From: an uncultured Verrucomicrobiae bacterium
GTDB taxonomy: Bacteria; Verrucomicrobiota; Verrucomicrobiia; Palsa-1439
Length of the DNA: 64,000 bases
Assembly: GCA_963812605.1 (NCBI GenBank)
Contig: CAWEWF010000005.1
Span: 192,001-256,000, forward strand
Direction: 5' to 3'
The stretch's first letter is position 1; each line of letters begins with the position of its first letter. Both the position numbers and the translations under genes were made by a program. Shown here one piece after another: positions 40,035-50,755 of this stretch. The notes beneath the pieces are model-generated. The model was not told the origin of the DNA. It did not search any database and saw only the letters and a list, made by a program, of their open reading frames with translations.

Positions 40035-41766
40035 TCACGGCCCCAGTCGGATGCGGTAGAAACGTGACGGGATATTTGTCGCTCCGCCACCGTCGAGATA
40101 ATTGGTTGCCGCGTCTCCATTGCCCGGGATGGCGATTGGGCCGCTGATATCGGCGAAGTTGGTGGCGTAATTACCACTGGCGTCACCGCTCGTCGCCTGC
40201 ACCACGTTGGTAGACCCGCCGCCCGTCTTCCAGGTAATCACCACGTCGTTGCTCTGCGGCACTACGCTGATAATCCGGAACACGGAAGCCGGATTCGTGG
40301 GATTCAGGCCCAGCAAGAACTGGTTGGTGTTGCTCATCCCTTTCCCCAATGGATCCGCATCGGGTTGAGCCTGCGGGCAGGCCAGACAGCCGAAGTAATT
40401 AGTCTGCCACGCTTGGAACGCCGACAACGGAGTGGCGCCGGCGGAGCCGGACATCGAGCTTTCGCCATTGGTGCTGACGGCCGTGACGGTATAGAAGTAA
40501 TTGCTGCCGTCCACCACGGCCGTGTCCGCAAAAGACGTGGTGGCGGCCAGACTCGCCAGCAGACCGTACGGCCCGCCGCTGCCGTTGGTCGAACGATAGA
40601 CATTGTTTGTGGTGATGCCCGGGCTGCCGGATTGCACCCACGTCAGATTCACGATCGCATCGCCGGCAGTTGCCACCAAGCTGGTCGGGGCGGACGGCGC
40701 CGACAGCGGCGTAGCGTTGGTTTGAGCGCTGTAGGGGCTCTCGCCTCCATTGTTCCAGGCGGCGACCACATAATAATAATTCGTGGAAGAAGACAACCCC
40801 GTGTTGTTAAAGCTCGTGGTGGTCAGACCCGTCGCAATCGCGCTGTAGGGCCCACTATCCACCGTCGCGCCCAGGACGTCGTAACTCGTGGCGCCAGTGG
40901 ATGCCGCCCACGACAGATCGATTTCACTGCCCGACACCGCTGTCGCCGTCAAGTTCGTCGGTGCGGCCGGCGGAGGCACTGAAGGCGGACCGCTATAAAC
41001 ACGCACATAATCCACTTCCATGGTTCCCAAAGTACAGCCGTTGGTGCGTGTATTGCTATTCGGAGAAGAGGTGAGCTTCAGTTTCATATCAACGTTGGTG
41101 ACCGTATGGGCCCCGGTCGGCTGTGAATACCTTTACTCCGTCGACATAAAAGTCGGGTGCCGTATTGCGTCGCCCAGTACACTCCATACGTGTGCCATTG
41201 GCTTTCATCCACCCCGGTGGACCGCGTACGTATGAGCTTGGGGTGTAGTGGTAGGATTGCCCCGGGCTCTTGTCGGGGGGGCCTCCGGCTCCTTGATATT
41301 CGCAGATGTCAAACTCCGGTGGCCATATCAAGGTGCGATTCTGGCTATTCCAGCCAACCGTCCACCAGGTGGGCCATGAGAAGTTATCGGCCGGCGTGAT
41401 TCGCACTCTGGCTTCCAAATACTTGTAGCGGGGATGCTCGCTGCCTGAGGGCGCGGTATCCAGGTAACCGCCGGTCCAAGCCTTGCCGTTGTACGATTCT
41501 TCATAGGAATATATTTTCAACGTCCCGCCGGAAACCACGACATTCTTTGGTGCATACCAGCAAGCGCTATCGCCACTATTTACCTCGTTATAGACGGTCC
41601 ATTTGGTGGTATCAACGTTGGTTCCGCTGAATTCGTCCGACCACAGCAGCGTGTTGGCGTTGACCCCGCTGCTGGCAATCACCGCCACTCCAAACAGTAT
41701 GAGAAGGACCTTCCAATTAGATGGGCATTTCACGAACGGCCTGCAGGCGACGTGGCAATCATTCAT
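40035..41766 (-). CDS. Secreted GH16 glycoside hydrolase + 2x FN3 + C-terminal module (frameshifts near 41240 and 41090)
   Basis: LLWSDEFSG, WPPEFDICEY (ExDxxE), MEVDYVRVY, FN3 PAAPTNLTAT and terminal SRFYRIRLGP. Confidence 0.82.
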
Positions 41767-41819
41767 TTTGCCTCCAGACCGATGCTCCTCGGTGAAGCGA
41801 GAATCTTCATCATAATACG

Positions 41820-41851
41820 AACGGGGCGAACCGATGCCGGTCCGCCCCGTT
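41820..41851 (-). terminator. GC-rich hairpin downstream of the PEP-CTERM gene (terminator or mRNA-stabilising stem)
   Basis: AACGGGGCG-AACCGATGCCGGTC-CGCCCCGTT, with a weak U-tract. Confidence 0.4.
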
Positions 41852-41877
41852 GGAAAAACACAGCTTTTGTCCCTGGC

Positions 41878-42753
41878 TCAGGCTTTGCGAGAACGCCGGA
41901 GGCCCAACAACGCGCCGAAACCGACCAACACCAGCGCTACGCTACTCGGTTCGGGAATCATGGTGCCGTCGATTTCGAACGAATCCCAGCGGCGGGTCGC
42001 AACTCCTCCGACTCCGTTGGTGTTGACAGCCGGGTCAGAATACAGCCCGAACGCCGTGACGGGATCCGCGGGAAGGGTGCCCACAGCGCCACCCAGCACC
42101 AGAGAGGTACCGGGGACGAAGGTCAACGAGTCCCAAATACTGCCAGACCAATTCAAGACCAACTTTTGTCCGCTGGTGGCGAAAGCGGCAGCATTCGCGG
42201 TATTGTTACTCTGCACGAGTAACTGGTCGGAGGCATACCAATTGCCGTCCATCTGGATGGCAATGCGGTACCCAGGCATTCCATTGGGAAACGTGTTGCT
42301 GGTGTTTCCGCTGTAGAAGGAGATGCTCCCGATGTTGTAAATGGTTTGGTCGATGGGGAATTGGCTCGTCTCAACAATAAAATTGTTGCTGACCGACAAG
42401 AAGCCGCTGCTAAAGGCGAAGCCATTAGTGTTTCCGGCCTCGGGACCGGCATTGACATTGGTGTAGTTGCCGCCGGACGGGATGCCCAATGAACTGCCAG
42501 CACCGAAATTGTTCCAAGTACCTGCTGCGTTACCTGCAGCTTCATTCTGGGCGGTCGGGGACCAATATCCAGACCAACCGTCAAACTCGAAATTGGTATT
42601 GGCGGCGCCCGCCGTTTGACTGAACGTCTGGCGGTAAATGGCTGGGTCTTGCGCACGCGTTACCTGCGCGCAGAGAAGAATTGCTCCTGCCAATACGGCG
42701 AATTTCTTGAAGGAAAGCACTTCTTGGTTCCTCACGTTAGCTGAATCAAACAT
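41878..42753 (-). CDS. PEP-CTERM sorting-domain surface protein
   Basis: Signal peptide and terminal IPEPSSVALVLVGFGALLGLRRSRKA. Confidence 0.88.
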   Translation of the reverse strand: MFDSANVRNQEVLSFKKFAVLAGAILLCAQVTRAQDPAIYRQTFSQTAGAANTNFEFDGWSGYWSPTAQNEAAGNAAGTWNNFGAGSSLGIPSGGNYTNVNAGPEAGNTNGFAFSSGFLSVSNNFIVETSQFPIDQTIYNIGSISFYSGNTSNTFPNGMPGYRIAIQMDGNWYASDQLLVQSNNTANAAAFATSGQKLVLNWSGSIWDSLTFVPGTSLVLGGAVGTLPADPVTAFGLYSDPAVNTNGVGGVATRRWDSFEIDGTMIPEPSSVALVLVGFGALLGLRRSRKA

Positions 42754-42944
42754 AACCTAATCTCCCTCTGTTTGTTTTGGCTTCTCGCTAGCCTAACCAC
42801 CGCTCTCGCATTGCGGTACCCTACGTCCGAGGTGAATTCGTTTTCCCGTCTTCAGAGCTAAAACAACTCGCCTTGAACGGCCCCTTTTTACTTGGGAACA
42901 GGTCCGAAGACAAGCCAATTCTAACCCGGAAGAGCCTTTTCTTG

Positions 42945-42958
42945 CGCACACTTGTGCG
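42945..42958. promoter_or_regulatory. Putative LacI-family operator palindrome
   Basis: CGCACA-CT-TGTGCG between the divergent PEP-CTERM/GH cluster and the LacI gene. Confidence 0.4.
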
Positions 42959-42998
42959 ACGCTATGGTTTGGTGTATCTTTGTGCAGAATCGCTGGAT

Positions 42999-44048
42999 AT
43001 GACACCGTCTCCTTCCAAACCCCGCGTCACATTGTCGGATGTCGCGCGCAAGCTCAACGTCAGCCATACCACGGTTTCCCGCGCGTTGCGCGATGACCGG
43101 CAGATCTCCAAGTCTCTCTGCCAGAGAGTGCAACAGACAGCGGTGGAGATGGGTTATCGGCCCGATGCGATGCTGACCGCCTTGGCGCATTATCGGCGGA
43201 CAAGCAAAGCGATCCCCATTGCAGCCGAGATCGCGTGGATCAACCATTGGCCCGACCGGGAGGAATTGCGTCGCGTTGGGGACTACGATCTCTTCTGGCA
43301 AGGCGCGGCCGCCGAGGCTGATCGGAATGGCTACCGATTGGAAGAATTTCCTTTGGACGAGAGGATGCCGTCTCACCGGCTGGAGGAAATCCTGCTGGCC
43401 CGCAACGTGCCCGGTATCCTGATTCCGCCCTGGTGGCAGGGGAAGTACCCGGACTGGGGCGATTTTCGCTGGGAGAGATTTTGCGTGGTCTGCTTCGGTC
43501 ACACCATCCACGCGCCACGCGTGCATCTGGCTTCCGCCGATCAGTTCTTCGATAGCGTCCTGGCCTACGAGAACATTCGGAAGAACGGTTATCAACGCAT
43601 CGGGATGGTGACGAACGCCGCGGTCGGAAAACGGCTGCGGTTTCTGGCCGGCTACTTGTTCGCGCAGTCACAGGACCTGGCGAGCTTGCGACTTCCTCCG
43701 CTGCTGTTTCCCGGAAATTCAAGCCAGGAGAACCAACCGAAATTGGTCGCCTGGCTAAAGAGAACCAAGCCGGATGCGATCTTCAGCGATCAGGCAGCGC
43801 TGCGCGGCATGCTCGTCAACGCCGGCTACCGTGTGCCCCAGGACATCGGTCTGGCCAGGACCAGTGTGATGGCCGGCAGCGGCGACGCGGGCATTCATCA
43901 AAACTCCGATGAAATCGGCAGGGCCGCGATCCAACTGCTTATCTCACTGATCCATCACAACGAGCGCGGCGTTCCGCGAGTGCGCCGCGAACTTTTGGTC
44001 GAGGGCCAATGGGTAAATGGCAGCACGCTGCCTCCGCGGAACGCCTGA
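42999..44048 (+). CDS. LacI-family transcriptional regulator
   Basis: VTLSDVARKLNVSHTTVSRALR HTH, GYRPDAML and periplasmic-binding-like domain (VPQDIG). Confidence 0.9.
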   Translation: MTPSPSKPRVTLSDVARKLNVSHTTVSRALRDDRQISKSLCQRVQQTAVEMGYRPDAMLTALAHYRRTSKAIPIAAEIAWINHWPDREELRRVGDYDLFWQGAAAEADRNGYRLEEFPLDERMPSHRLEEILLARNVPGILIPPWWQGKYPDWGDFRWERFCVVCFGHTIHAPRVHLASADQFFDSVLAYENIRKNGYQRIGMVTNAAVGKRLRFLAGYLFAQSQDLASLRLPPLLFPGNSSQENQPKLVAWLKRTKPDAIFSDQAALRGMLVNAGYRVPQDIGLARTSVMAGSGDAGIHQNSDEIGRAAIQLLISLIHHNERGVPRVRRELLVEGQWVNGSTLPPRNA

Positions 44049-44193
44049 ACCCAAGCGGGTAGTTTTCTACCATGAGTCATTCCATGACGACGCGACATGC
44101 CCTCTGGCGCGTCGAGAAGTGCATCGGGATGCCGGACGTAAACCGGACAGCCACTAAAGCGGGTTGTTTTGATTTGTCACAGCCCTGCCTCTA

Positions 44194-44527
44194 TGATCAT
44201 TCGTTCCCTGATCATTCGTTCCCTTTTTGTGATCTGCATCTGAAAGTTGCATTGCGCCAATACCCGTGCCGCTGGAAGTGCACACAAGTGATCCCGATTG
44301 AGCCGAGATCCATCGGGGAGCACCTGAAACGCCGCAGGCTTGAACTGCACCTTTTTCAGACTGACTTAGCGAAAATCTTTGGTGTCGACGAGGCGACCAT
44401 TCGGAATTGGGAAAAGAATACCTATCAGCCCGGCAAACAGCACATGCCAGCCATCGCAAAATGGCTTGGCTACGACCCTCGGAAGGCTGTTGCGGGGCGT
44501 GCGCCCTCATGTGACTGTGGTCGATAG
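44194..44527 (+). CDS. XRE-family HTH protein, copy 1 (start uncertain)
   Basis: IGEHLKRRRLELHLFQTDLAKIFGVDEATIRNWEKN. Starts with a 15-nt tandem duplication TGATCATTCGTTCCC x2. Confidence 0.65.
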
Positions 44528-44617
44528 GGCCCAGTTGAAGGTTGTTCACCGCGTCGTGAACGCGACTTCGGTGTTGACCCGGGACGCCAGTCAGGTCGGT
44601 TCCCTCCACTTGCCGGT

Positions 44618-44791
44618 TTAAGGCAGGTTCGCGTTGACAGACGACAGGGTGTTGTTGACCTTGCCGCCAAGGCCCTGGAGAACCAGGATCGCCACGACCG
44701 CGATCAACGCCAGTATCAGTGCGTACTCGACCAGACTCTGACCCGATTGCTTCCTCACCACGCGAACAACTTTCTGCAAACGCTTTCTCAT
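44618..44791 (-). CDS. Flp/Fap family type IVb pilin (57 aa, absent from the ORF track)
   Basis: MRKRLQKVVRVVRKQSG/QSLVEYALILALIAVVAILVLQGLGGKVNNTLSSVNANLP, with GxxxxEY prepilin motif and RBS GAGGAG. Confidence 0.88.
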   Translation of the reverse strand: MRKRLQKVVRVVRKQSGQSLVEYALILALIAVVAILVLQGLGGKVNNTLSSVNANLP

Positions 44792-44921
44792 AATCTACAT
44801 CTCTCCTCATCAAAACCGAACCGGTGTTGAGGTTGGCGGCGGGGAGCGCTTCGCCGACTTATCTAGCAACCAGACGGGTTCACCATTTATTCAAAAACAC
44901 TCACTGCCCCAAGCCAACTCG

Positions 44922-45656
44922 TTATTTGCCATGGCCCTTGCCGTTTCCATTGCCACCCGGGTTTCGGTCACCGTGGCCCCGGTCATGCGGCACGAGAACA
45001 CTCACGTCCTCCGATGCTGAGTTGCCGCTCACGTCCGTACAGGTAATTGTGATTGTATAGACCCGCCCATCGCCATTTCCCGACCGCTCCGCGCGCAACA
45101 GCACGTGGTGGGCATCGAGAACTTGCCAGTCTGGACTTGTGTTGCCGTCGCCAGTCCCGTTCACGGCTTCGTTGCTGGCCACGCTCAGGGTGCAATTCGG
45201 TGAAGGGTCGCAGTTATCGGTGTCCGTGTAGTGCACCGTTACCTTGACCATCTTATGATTCGGCGGCCACAGCAAAGTCTTACTGACCCACACATTCGCG
45301 ATCACTGGCGGTTCTGTATCCTCAACCGTGATCGTGAAACTGCAACTGGCCAAATTCGTCGAGGCTTCCGTTATCGTGCAAACCACCTCGTTGGTGCCCA
45401 CCGGAAACATCGAGCCGGAGACGGGGTTACACGTCACAACGTCACTGGCATTCGTACCTGTCACGACCGGCGCGGGGAATTCCACTACTGCCGAGCAGAC
45501 TCCGGGGTCGTTAGAGACTGTCATGTCGGGCGGGCACGTGATGGTGACCTGGGCGACGACAGGAGAGACGAATGTCACCAGCAATCCCAACACAGCCGCC
45601 ACGGCCAGTTGTCCAAACGGTTGTTTGTTTGATAAGAGAGATGTTCTTGAGCGCAC
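44922..45656 (-). CDS. Secreted HYR-domain protein with 'LWPPNHK' Ig-like domain
   Basis: Signal peptide, ITCPPDMTV...SGSMFPVGT...CSFTITVEDTEPP and LLWPPNHKM...LRAERSG. Confidence 0.75.
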   Translation of the reverse strand: MRSRTSLLSNKQPFGQLAVAAVLGLLVTFVSPVVAQVTITCPPDMTVSNDPGVCSAVVEFPAPVVTGTNASDVVTCNPVSGSMFPVGTNEVVCTITEASTNLASCSFTITVEDTEPPVIANVWVSKTLLWPPNHKMVKVTVHYTDTDNCDPSPNCTLSVASNEAVNGTGDGNTSPDWQVLDAHHVLLRAERSGNGDGRVYTITITCTDVSGNSASEDVSVLVPHDRGHGDRNPGGNGNGKGHGK

Positions 45657-45936
45657 GTCGTACCTCCAAAGCGTTGAGCGACTATCGTTCGCTTGTTGCG
45701 GTCACATCGTAGCCGATTCCGTTCGCCTGTCAACCTTTAAACGCTTATTTTTACTGCCTTGTATGGCTGAGTCGATTGGTGGAGACGGCAGCCAACGCCT
45801 CCTGTTTTGTGTAAAAACTCGTCCGCCCAGACGCAATGAGTCTGTGTGGTTCTTTCACATCACCTGTCGTTGATTTCACATAGTCAAGAAACAGGGGTAC
45901 CAACCTCCTAGTGCTGTGACACAGTTCATTCGATGG

Positions 45937-46004
45937 GTAGGGCGCGGTGGCCCACCGCGCCGTGCCGGTGTGGAATAGCGGACGGCCCGGCGAGCCGTCC
46001 CTAC
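45937..46004. repeat. Inverted pair of GTAG-class REP elements (REP doublet)
   Basis: GTAGGGCGCGGTGGCCCACCGCGCC ... GGACGGCCCGGCGAGCCGTCCCTAC. Confidence 0.65.
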
Positions 46005-46166
46005 CAACGACCCTGCAAATGAAGCATGTCATACCACTAGAAGTGTTTCTTAGGTGAAATTCGAATTGCGGCCACTTGCTTTTTTGCAAACCGATGGTTT
46101 AATCTCTCGTGGGTCGCAGAGGGATCGAGATTTTCAGTATCATTCTTCCAGATTAAATGGGATCCC

Positions 46167-47168
46167 ATGAGTAGCACGAAAGCATTCAATGGAAATGGGG
46201 TGTTGGTGCGTCCAGTGGGAAGCTGGAGCGCCAAAGAGTTGGGTGCGCGAATGTTTGGGTCGTCCCTGGCAGACGTTTTCAGCACGCCGGCATACGATTG
46301 CAAACTAGTTGGCTCGAACCAAAAGCCGGAGTTCGCCGTGACGCGCCTTCGTTCGGGGCCCAGAGAAATGGAGAAGGCTCCTATTTATCCACCGGATCAG
46401 GCGATCCTGATCTGCGTGGCCTTGACGCCTGCCGCGATTGGTCAGTGGCGAGCCATTTACAACGAAAGAAGCGTTGGCGTCACGCGAGCGATACCGTTCG
46501 CCGCGACATTCATCGATTTGAGTTGCCGCATGGAGATGTGGGTGCGCGGCCCATTCGATTATCTGCATTATTACCTCTCACGGGAACTCCTTGAGCGGAT
46601 CGCGATCGAGAACGCCGTGTCATCGTCGTTTCAACTTCAGGAGGTGTTTTTTGTCGAAGATGTAGTTGTGGCACAAATAACAAAAAACATTCTCTTTTCT
46701 GTCAAACACGGGGAGCCCCTCGATCGGCTGGCGCTCGACCAGATTGCCACGGTGCTGGGCGCCCACACCTTACAGGCGCATTGCGGCGCCACGAAATTCG
46801 CAGTTTCGCCCAGTCGCGGTCTGGAACCGTGGCAAAAGCTCCGAACCGAGGAGATGTTACACGCGCATCTTGAGGGAAATATCACCATTAAGGAACTGGC
46901 CACTGCGTGCTCTCTTTCGGCAAGCCATTTCGGTCGGTGCTTCCGGCGGAGTTTCGGCACCTCCGTCCACCAGCGGTTAATCCAGCTTCGGATCGAGCAC
47001 GCCAAAGAGCTGCTTTCGCGCACCAAAAAAACCTTGGCGGAGATTGCGTTGCTATCCGGCTTCTGCGACCAAGCCGCCTTCAGCCGGACTTTCAGTCGAA
47101 TTGAGCACCTGAGCCCGTCACGGTGGCGCCGTGTGAACAGAGACAGGGCCGAGCGTTTCTCGAAATGA
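46167..47168 (+). CDS. AraC-family transcriptional regulator
   Basis: ITIKELATACSLSASHFGRCFRRSFG and LAEIALLSGFCDQAAFSRTF...SPSRWRR. Confidence 0.9.
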   Translation: MSSTKAFNGNGVLVRPVGSWSAKELGARMFGSSLADVFSTPAYDCKLVGSNQKPEFAVTRLRSGPREMEKAPIYPPDQAILICVALTPAAIGQWRAIYNERSVGVTRAIPFAATFIDLSCRMEMWVRGPFDYLHYYLSRELLERIAIENAVSSSFQLQEVFFVEDVVVAQITKNILFSVKHGEPLDRLALDQIATVLGAHTLQAHCGATKFAVSPSRGLEPWQKLRTEEMLHAHLEGNITIKELATACSLSASHFGRCFRRSFGTSVHQRLIQLRIEHAKELLSRTKKTLAEIALLSGFCDQAAFSRTFSRIEHLSPSRWRRVNRDRAERFSK

Positions 47169-47207
47169 CGTTTCTGCTCAGTTTTTCCGATTGGATTTAA
47201 CAAATTC

Positions 47208-47233
47208 GGCGCGATTCTCCAAGACGCTTTCCA
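47208..47233 (+). promoter_or_regulatory. Repeated upstream motif, copy 1 (putative AraC site/promoter)
   Basis: GGCGCGATTCTCCAAGACGC-T-TTCCA. The 20-mer is identical at 49035. Confidence 0.6.
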
Positions 47234-47275
47234 AATCTTTGGTATAGATGCCGCGGAACAAATAATGAGGATCCC

Positions 47276-48119
47276 ATGGATTCCGATGTTTTGACATCAA
47301 AAGTGGCCGATGGAATCGCGGTCGTCACACTTGGCGGCAAAAAGCGAATTTATTTTGACCAAGAAATGGGCGATGCGCTTACCGATGCGCTGCAAGCCCT
47401 CGCTGGTGACCCTAAAGTTCGTGTTGTTATTGTGACCGGAAGGTGCGCCAGGATATTTCAATCGCCATTTTAGTATTCCTGCACTGATTAAGCTTTCAGA
47501 AGACATTCGCGCTTCCGGCCGCGAATGGCCCGACAATGCGGCATATCATGGGGGATTTTTCGATAAGGCTTTGGCGCTATGCGAGACCATGCCGAAACCG
47601 GTGATCGCCGCCATTTCTGGCACCGCCTTGGCTGGCGCATTCGAGTTCACGCTCGCTTGTGATTTTCGCATCGCTGAAGACGGCGATTACAAAATTGGAT
47701 TGCCAGAATCAAACATCGGCCTGCTTCCCGGCGCCGGTGGCACGCAAAGGCTTCCACGCACCGTTGGAATGCCTGCAGCGCTCGTGCACGTTCTCATGGG
47801 TGAAGCCCTTACTCCGCGTGAAGCCGAAAGGAAGGGGTTCGTGCATGAAACCGTGAAAGGTAAAGCTATTGATCGCGCTATGGAGATTGCGCAGCGATTG
47901 GCCCTACATCCGGCGCAATCACTCGCGTACATCAAGCGTCTCGTTCGCAATGCCACCGAGACGCCGTTGGCCGACGGGTTGGCGCTTGAACGTAACCTTT
48001 TTATGAAATTGGCTGTCTCCGACACCGCGCTCGCCCGTATGCGGGATTATGAGGGTCAGAATATCACCTCACCCTCAAAGTCCATCGAAATTGATGAAAG
48101 AAAGGCCAACCGTGGCTGA
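47276..48119 (+). CDS. Enoyl-CoA hydratase/isomerase (crotonase) family, frameshift near 47440
   Basis: PKPVIAAISG, EFTLACDFRIA and GLPESNIGLLPGAGGTQRL. Confidence 0.82.
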
Positions 48120-48945
48120 GTCAACCGGGCCTTTACGGGTTATTGAGGAAACGCCTGCCTACTGGCGAGTTGTGTTCGACTACCCGCCTTTCAACATTGT
48201 TGATGGCACCCTATATGAAAGCCTCCAGCAGTTGTTAGGTCGGATGGATTCTAGCTCGGAGTTACGGGTAGTGGTATTCGAGAGCGCTAATCCTGATTTC
48301 TACTTGGCCCATTTCGATTTAACCGGCAAGATCGGAAACATCTTGACGGCGGTAGGGCCTTCTGGCCTCCCAATCCTGATGGACACGTTCGTCCGCCTGA
48401 CCAAGTCACCTGTCGTCAGTATTGCAAAAATACGCGGCTGTGTCCGGGGCGTTAGCAGTGAATTCGTCCTGGCCTGCGATATGCGCTTCGCGTCACGCGA
48501 GAATACGCGGTTGGGCCAGCCCGAAGTCGCGGTCGGGCTGCATCCGGGCGGCGGCGGCACCGAGCGTCTCCCGCATTTGGTCGGTCGTGGCCGCGCGCTC
48601 GAAATCATTGTCGGCGGGAATGACTTCGACGGCGATACCGCGGAGCGGTACGGATACGTTAACCGAGCACTTCCTGACGCTGAGTTAGACAAATTTGTCG
48701 AGACCTTTGCGCGGCGAATTGCTTCCTTCGACCGGCAAGCCGTCGCGGCGGCGAAGAAACTCGTCAATCAAGTATCGTTGCCATCCGCCGACCGGCTCCT
48801 CGACGCGTTGAACTCGTTCCTGACCGCGTTGACGTGGCCAGATTCGCAACAACGAATCGGTGCTTTGTTGAAGCGCGGCCTGCAACGTGATGGCGACTTC
48901 GAGAAGAGGTGGCCCGAGGTGCTCGGCACGCTCCTGAAGTCGTAG
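48112..48945 (+). CDS. Enoyl-CoA hydratase/isomerase (crotonase) family
   Basis: PPFN, FYLAHFD, EFVLACDMRFAS and GQPEVAVGLHPGGGG. Confidence 0.85.
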   Translation: MAESTGPLRVIEETPAYWRVVFDYPPFNIVDGTLYESLQQLLGRMDSSSELRVVVFESANPDFYLAHFDLTGKIGNILTAVGPSGLPILMDTFVRLTKSPVVSIAKIRGCVRGVSSEFVLACDMRFASRENTRLGQPEVAVGLHPGGGGTERLPHLVGRGRALEIIVGGNDFDGDTAERYGYVNRALPDAELDKFVETFARRIASFDRQAVAAAKKLVNQVSLPSADRLLDALNSFLTALTWPDSQQRIGALLKRGLQRDGDFEKRWPEVLGTLLKS

Positions 48946-49034
48946 TCACCCTGGCGCAGCCTGTATAGCGACAGGACAGGAATCCGCTGACATTACGTGC
49001 TTCCAATCGATTTTTGGTCACAAATTACAAAACT

Positions 49035-49060
49035 GGCGCGATTCTCCAAGACGCCTTCCA
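49035..49060 (+). promoter_or_regulatory. Repeated upstream motif, copy 2
   Basis: GGCGCGATTCTCCAAGACGC-C-TTCCA upstream of the isochorismatase gene. Confidence 0.6.
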
Positions 49061-49120
49061 GGCCTTCGCTCTACCTTTGGCGCGATGAACAAATCCACGC
49101 AGACCAAACAGGAGGAGGTT

Positions 49121-49747
49121 ATGACGGCTGGTTCAAGGCAGCGCCCTGAACGTCTCACACGCAACAACGCCCTGCTACTTCTGGTCGATCACCAGGTTGG
49201 CTTGTACACGGGCATTCGCGACATCGACATCGTTCAACTCAAGCACAACATCGTTGGTCTGACACGCGCAATGCTCGCGCTCAAAGTGCCCGTGATCGTG
49301 ACCACAACGATGGAGAAAGTGTGGGGACCGCTTGTCCCCGAACTCGCCGAGGTTTTATCCGGCGTGCCGGGCATTGAACGCACTACGGTCAACGCCTGGG
49401 ACGAGAAGCGTTTCGTGGATGCGGTCAAGGCGACTGGGCGCAAGAACCTCATCGTCACGGGTATTTCCACTGATGTGTGTCTCGCGTTCCCGGCCATGGC
49501 GGCCCTTGCCGACGGCTTCCAGAGTCATGCGGTTATCGATGCATCGGGTGGCTTCACTCAGACCCAGGTGGATATGGGAATCCGGCGCATGCAGCACGTT
49601 GGTGTCATTCCCGTGTGCTATTCCAACGTCGCGGTTGAGATTTTGGCCGATAATGCGGCGCCGGAGGCCGAGGCGGTCTACGGCGCGCTCGGCATGCCGT
49701 TCAGTGACCTGGTTTTTGGCCTCCGGCAGTATTTTTCGCGAAGTTAA
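49121..49747 (+). CDS. Isochorismatase-family cysteine hydrolase (YcaC-like)
   Basis: LLLVDHQVGL, RTTVNAWD and GISTDVCL. RBS GGAGG before ATG 49121. Confidence 0.88.
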   Translation: MTAGSRQRPERLTRNNALLLLVDHQVGLYTGIRDIDIVQLKHNIVGLTRAMLALKVPVIVTTTMEKVWGPLVPELAEVLSGVPGIERTTVNAWDEKRFVDAVKATGRKNLIVTGISTDVCLAFPAMAALADGFQSHAVIDASGGFTQTQVDMGIRRMQHVGVIPVCYSNVAVEILADNAAPEAEAVYGALGMPFSDLVFGLRQYFSRS

Positions 49748-49820
49748 TCCGAAGGTGGGACACGTCTTCAAGGTCCAGTTCTATCGAAACAGAAATGCGT
49801 GAAACCAAAGGAGAGCAAAA

Positions 49821-50615
49821 ATGAAATCGACGAAGATTTACGGGGTTGTAATGCTCATTGCCATGCTGATGGGCGCAACTCTGCTGCTGGAGCGGACTGT
49901 TAGAGTCGCGGTGGCGGCGGCACCAGCCGGCATCAAGAACGTGGTTCTGGTGCATGGAGCATTCGCCGACGGCTCCGGCTGGGAAGCCGTCGCCAAGATC
50001 CTCGAGAAGGATGGCTACACGGTGTCGGTAGCGCAGCCCCCCGAGACCTCCTATGCCGAGGATATCAAGTACACGAAGGCGGCTATCGACGCCATGGACG
50101 GGCCGGTGGTCATCGTCGGCCACAGTTATGGCGGGTCCATCATCACCGAGGCCGGCAACGATCCGAAGGTTTCGGCACTGGTCTACATCGCCGCCTTTGC
50201 GCTCGATGACGGTGATAGCTGTGCGTCGATCGAACAGGCCCTGCCGCAAGCCTCCAAGGCGTTCAAGGCGGACACCAACGGCAACTGGTGGATAGAACCG
50301 GACCATTTCGCGGCCGACTTCGCGGCGGACGTTCCGCCGGCCGTGTCCCACTACATGGCTGTGTCGCAGGTGCCGATCTCCACCGACTCGTTCACCCACA
50401 AGGTCACGTCGCCCGCCTGGAAGACCAAGCCCACCTGGTACATGGTGGCCACCGCAGACCGGTCGATCAATCCGGACCAGGAGCGCATGATGGCGAAGCG
50501 CGCCAATGCCAAGACGATCGAGGTGAATGCCAGCCATGTGGCCTACATGTCTCACCCGAAGGAAACAGCCAAGCTCATTGAAGAGGCTGCCACCTCCGCG
50601 CCCGTGCATCAATAG
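49821..50615 (+). CDS. Secreted alpha/beta hydrolase
   Basis: Signal peptide, VLVHGAFADGSGW, GHSYGG nucleophile and ASHV. Confidence 0.88.
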   Translation: MKSTKIYGVVMLIAMLMGATLLLERTVRVAVAAAPAGIKNVVLVHGAFADGSGWEAVAKILEKDGYTVSVAQPPETSYAEDIKYTKAAIDAMDGPVVIVGHSYGGSIITEAGNDPKVSALVYIAAFALDDGDSCASIEQALPQASKAFKADTNGNWWIEPDHFAADFAADVPPAVSHYMAVSQVPISTDSFTHKVTSPAWKTKPTWYMVATADRSINPDQERMMAKRANAKTIEVNASHVAYMSHPKETAKLIEEAATSAPVHQ

Positions 50616-50755
50616 CCTGTAGTCTCAAGCGAGGGCTTCGTTAGCCAAGCGCCTGGCCGGCATGCTGAAACCGGCTCGCTCGAGACTGGGCCTCCGCCGA
50701 TCCTGACGATATCGGCGGAGGCCCAGATGAAACGTCGTCGTCTGAGGAGAACACG

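Noticed and set aside
44795-44900. c-di-GMP riboswitch upstream of the Flp pilin
   Set aside because: I could not find the class I or class II consensus elements by eye.
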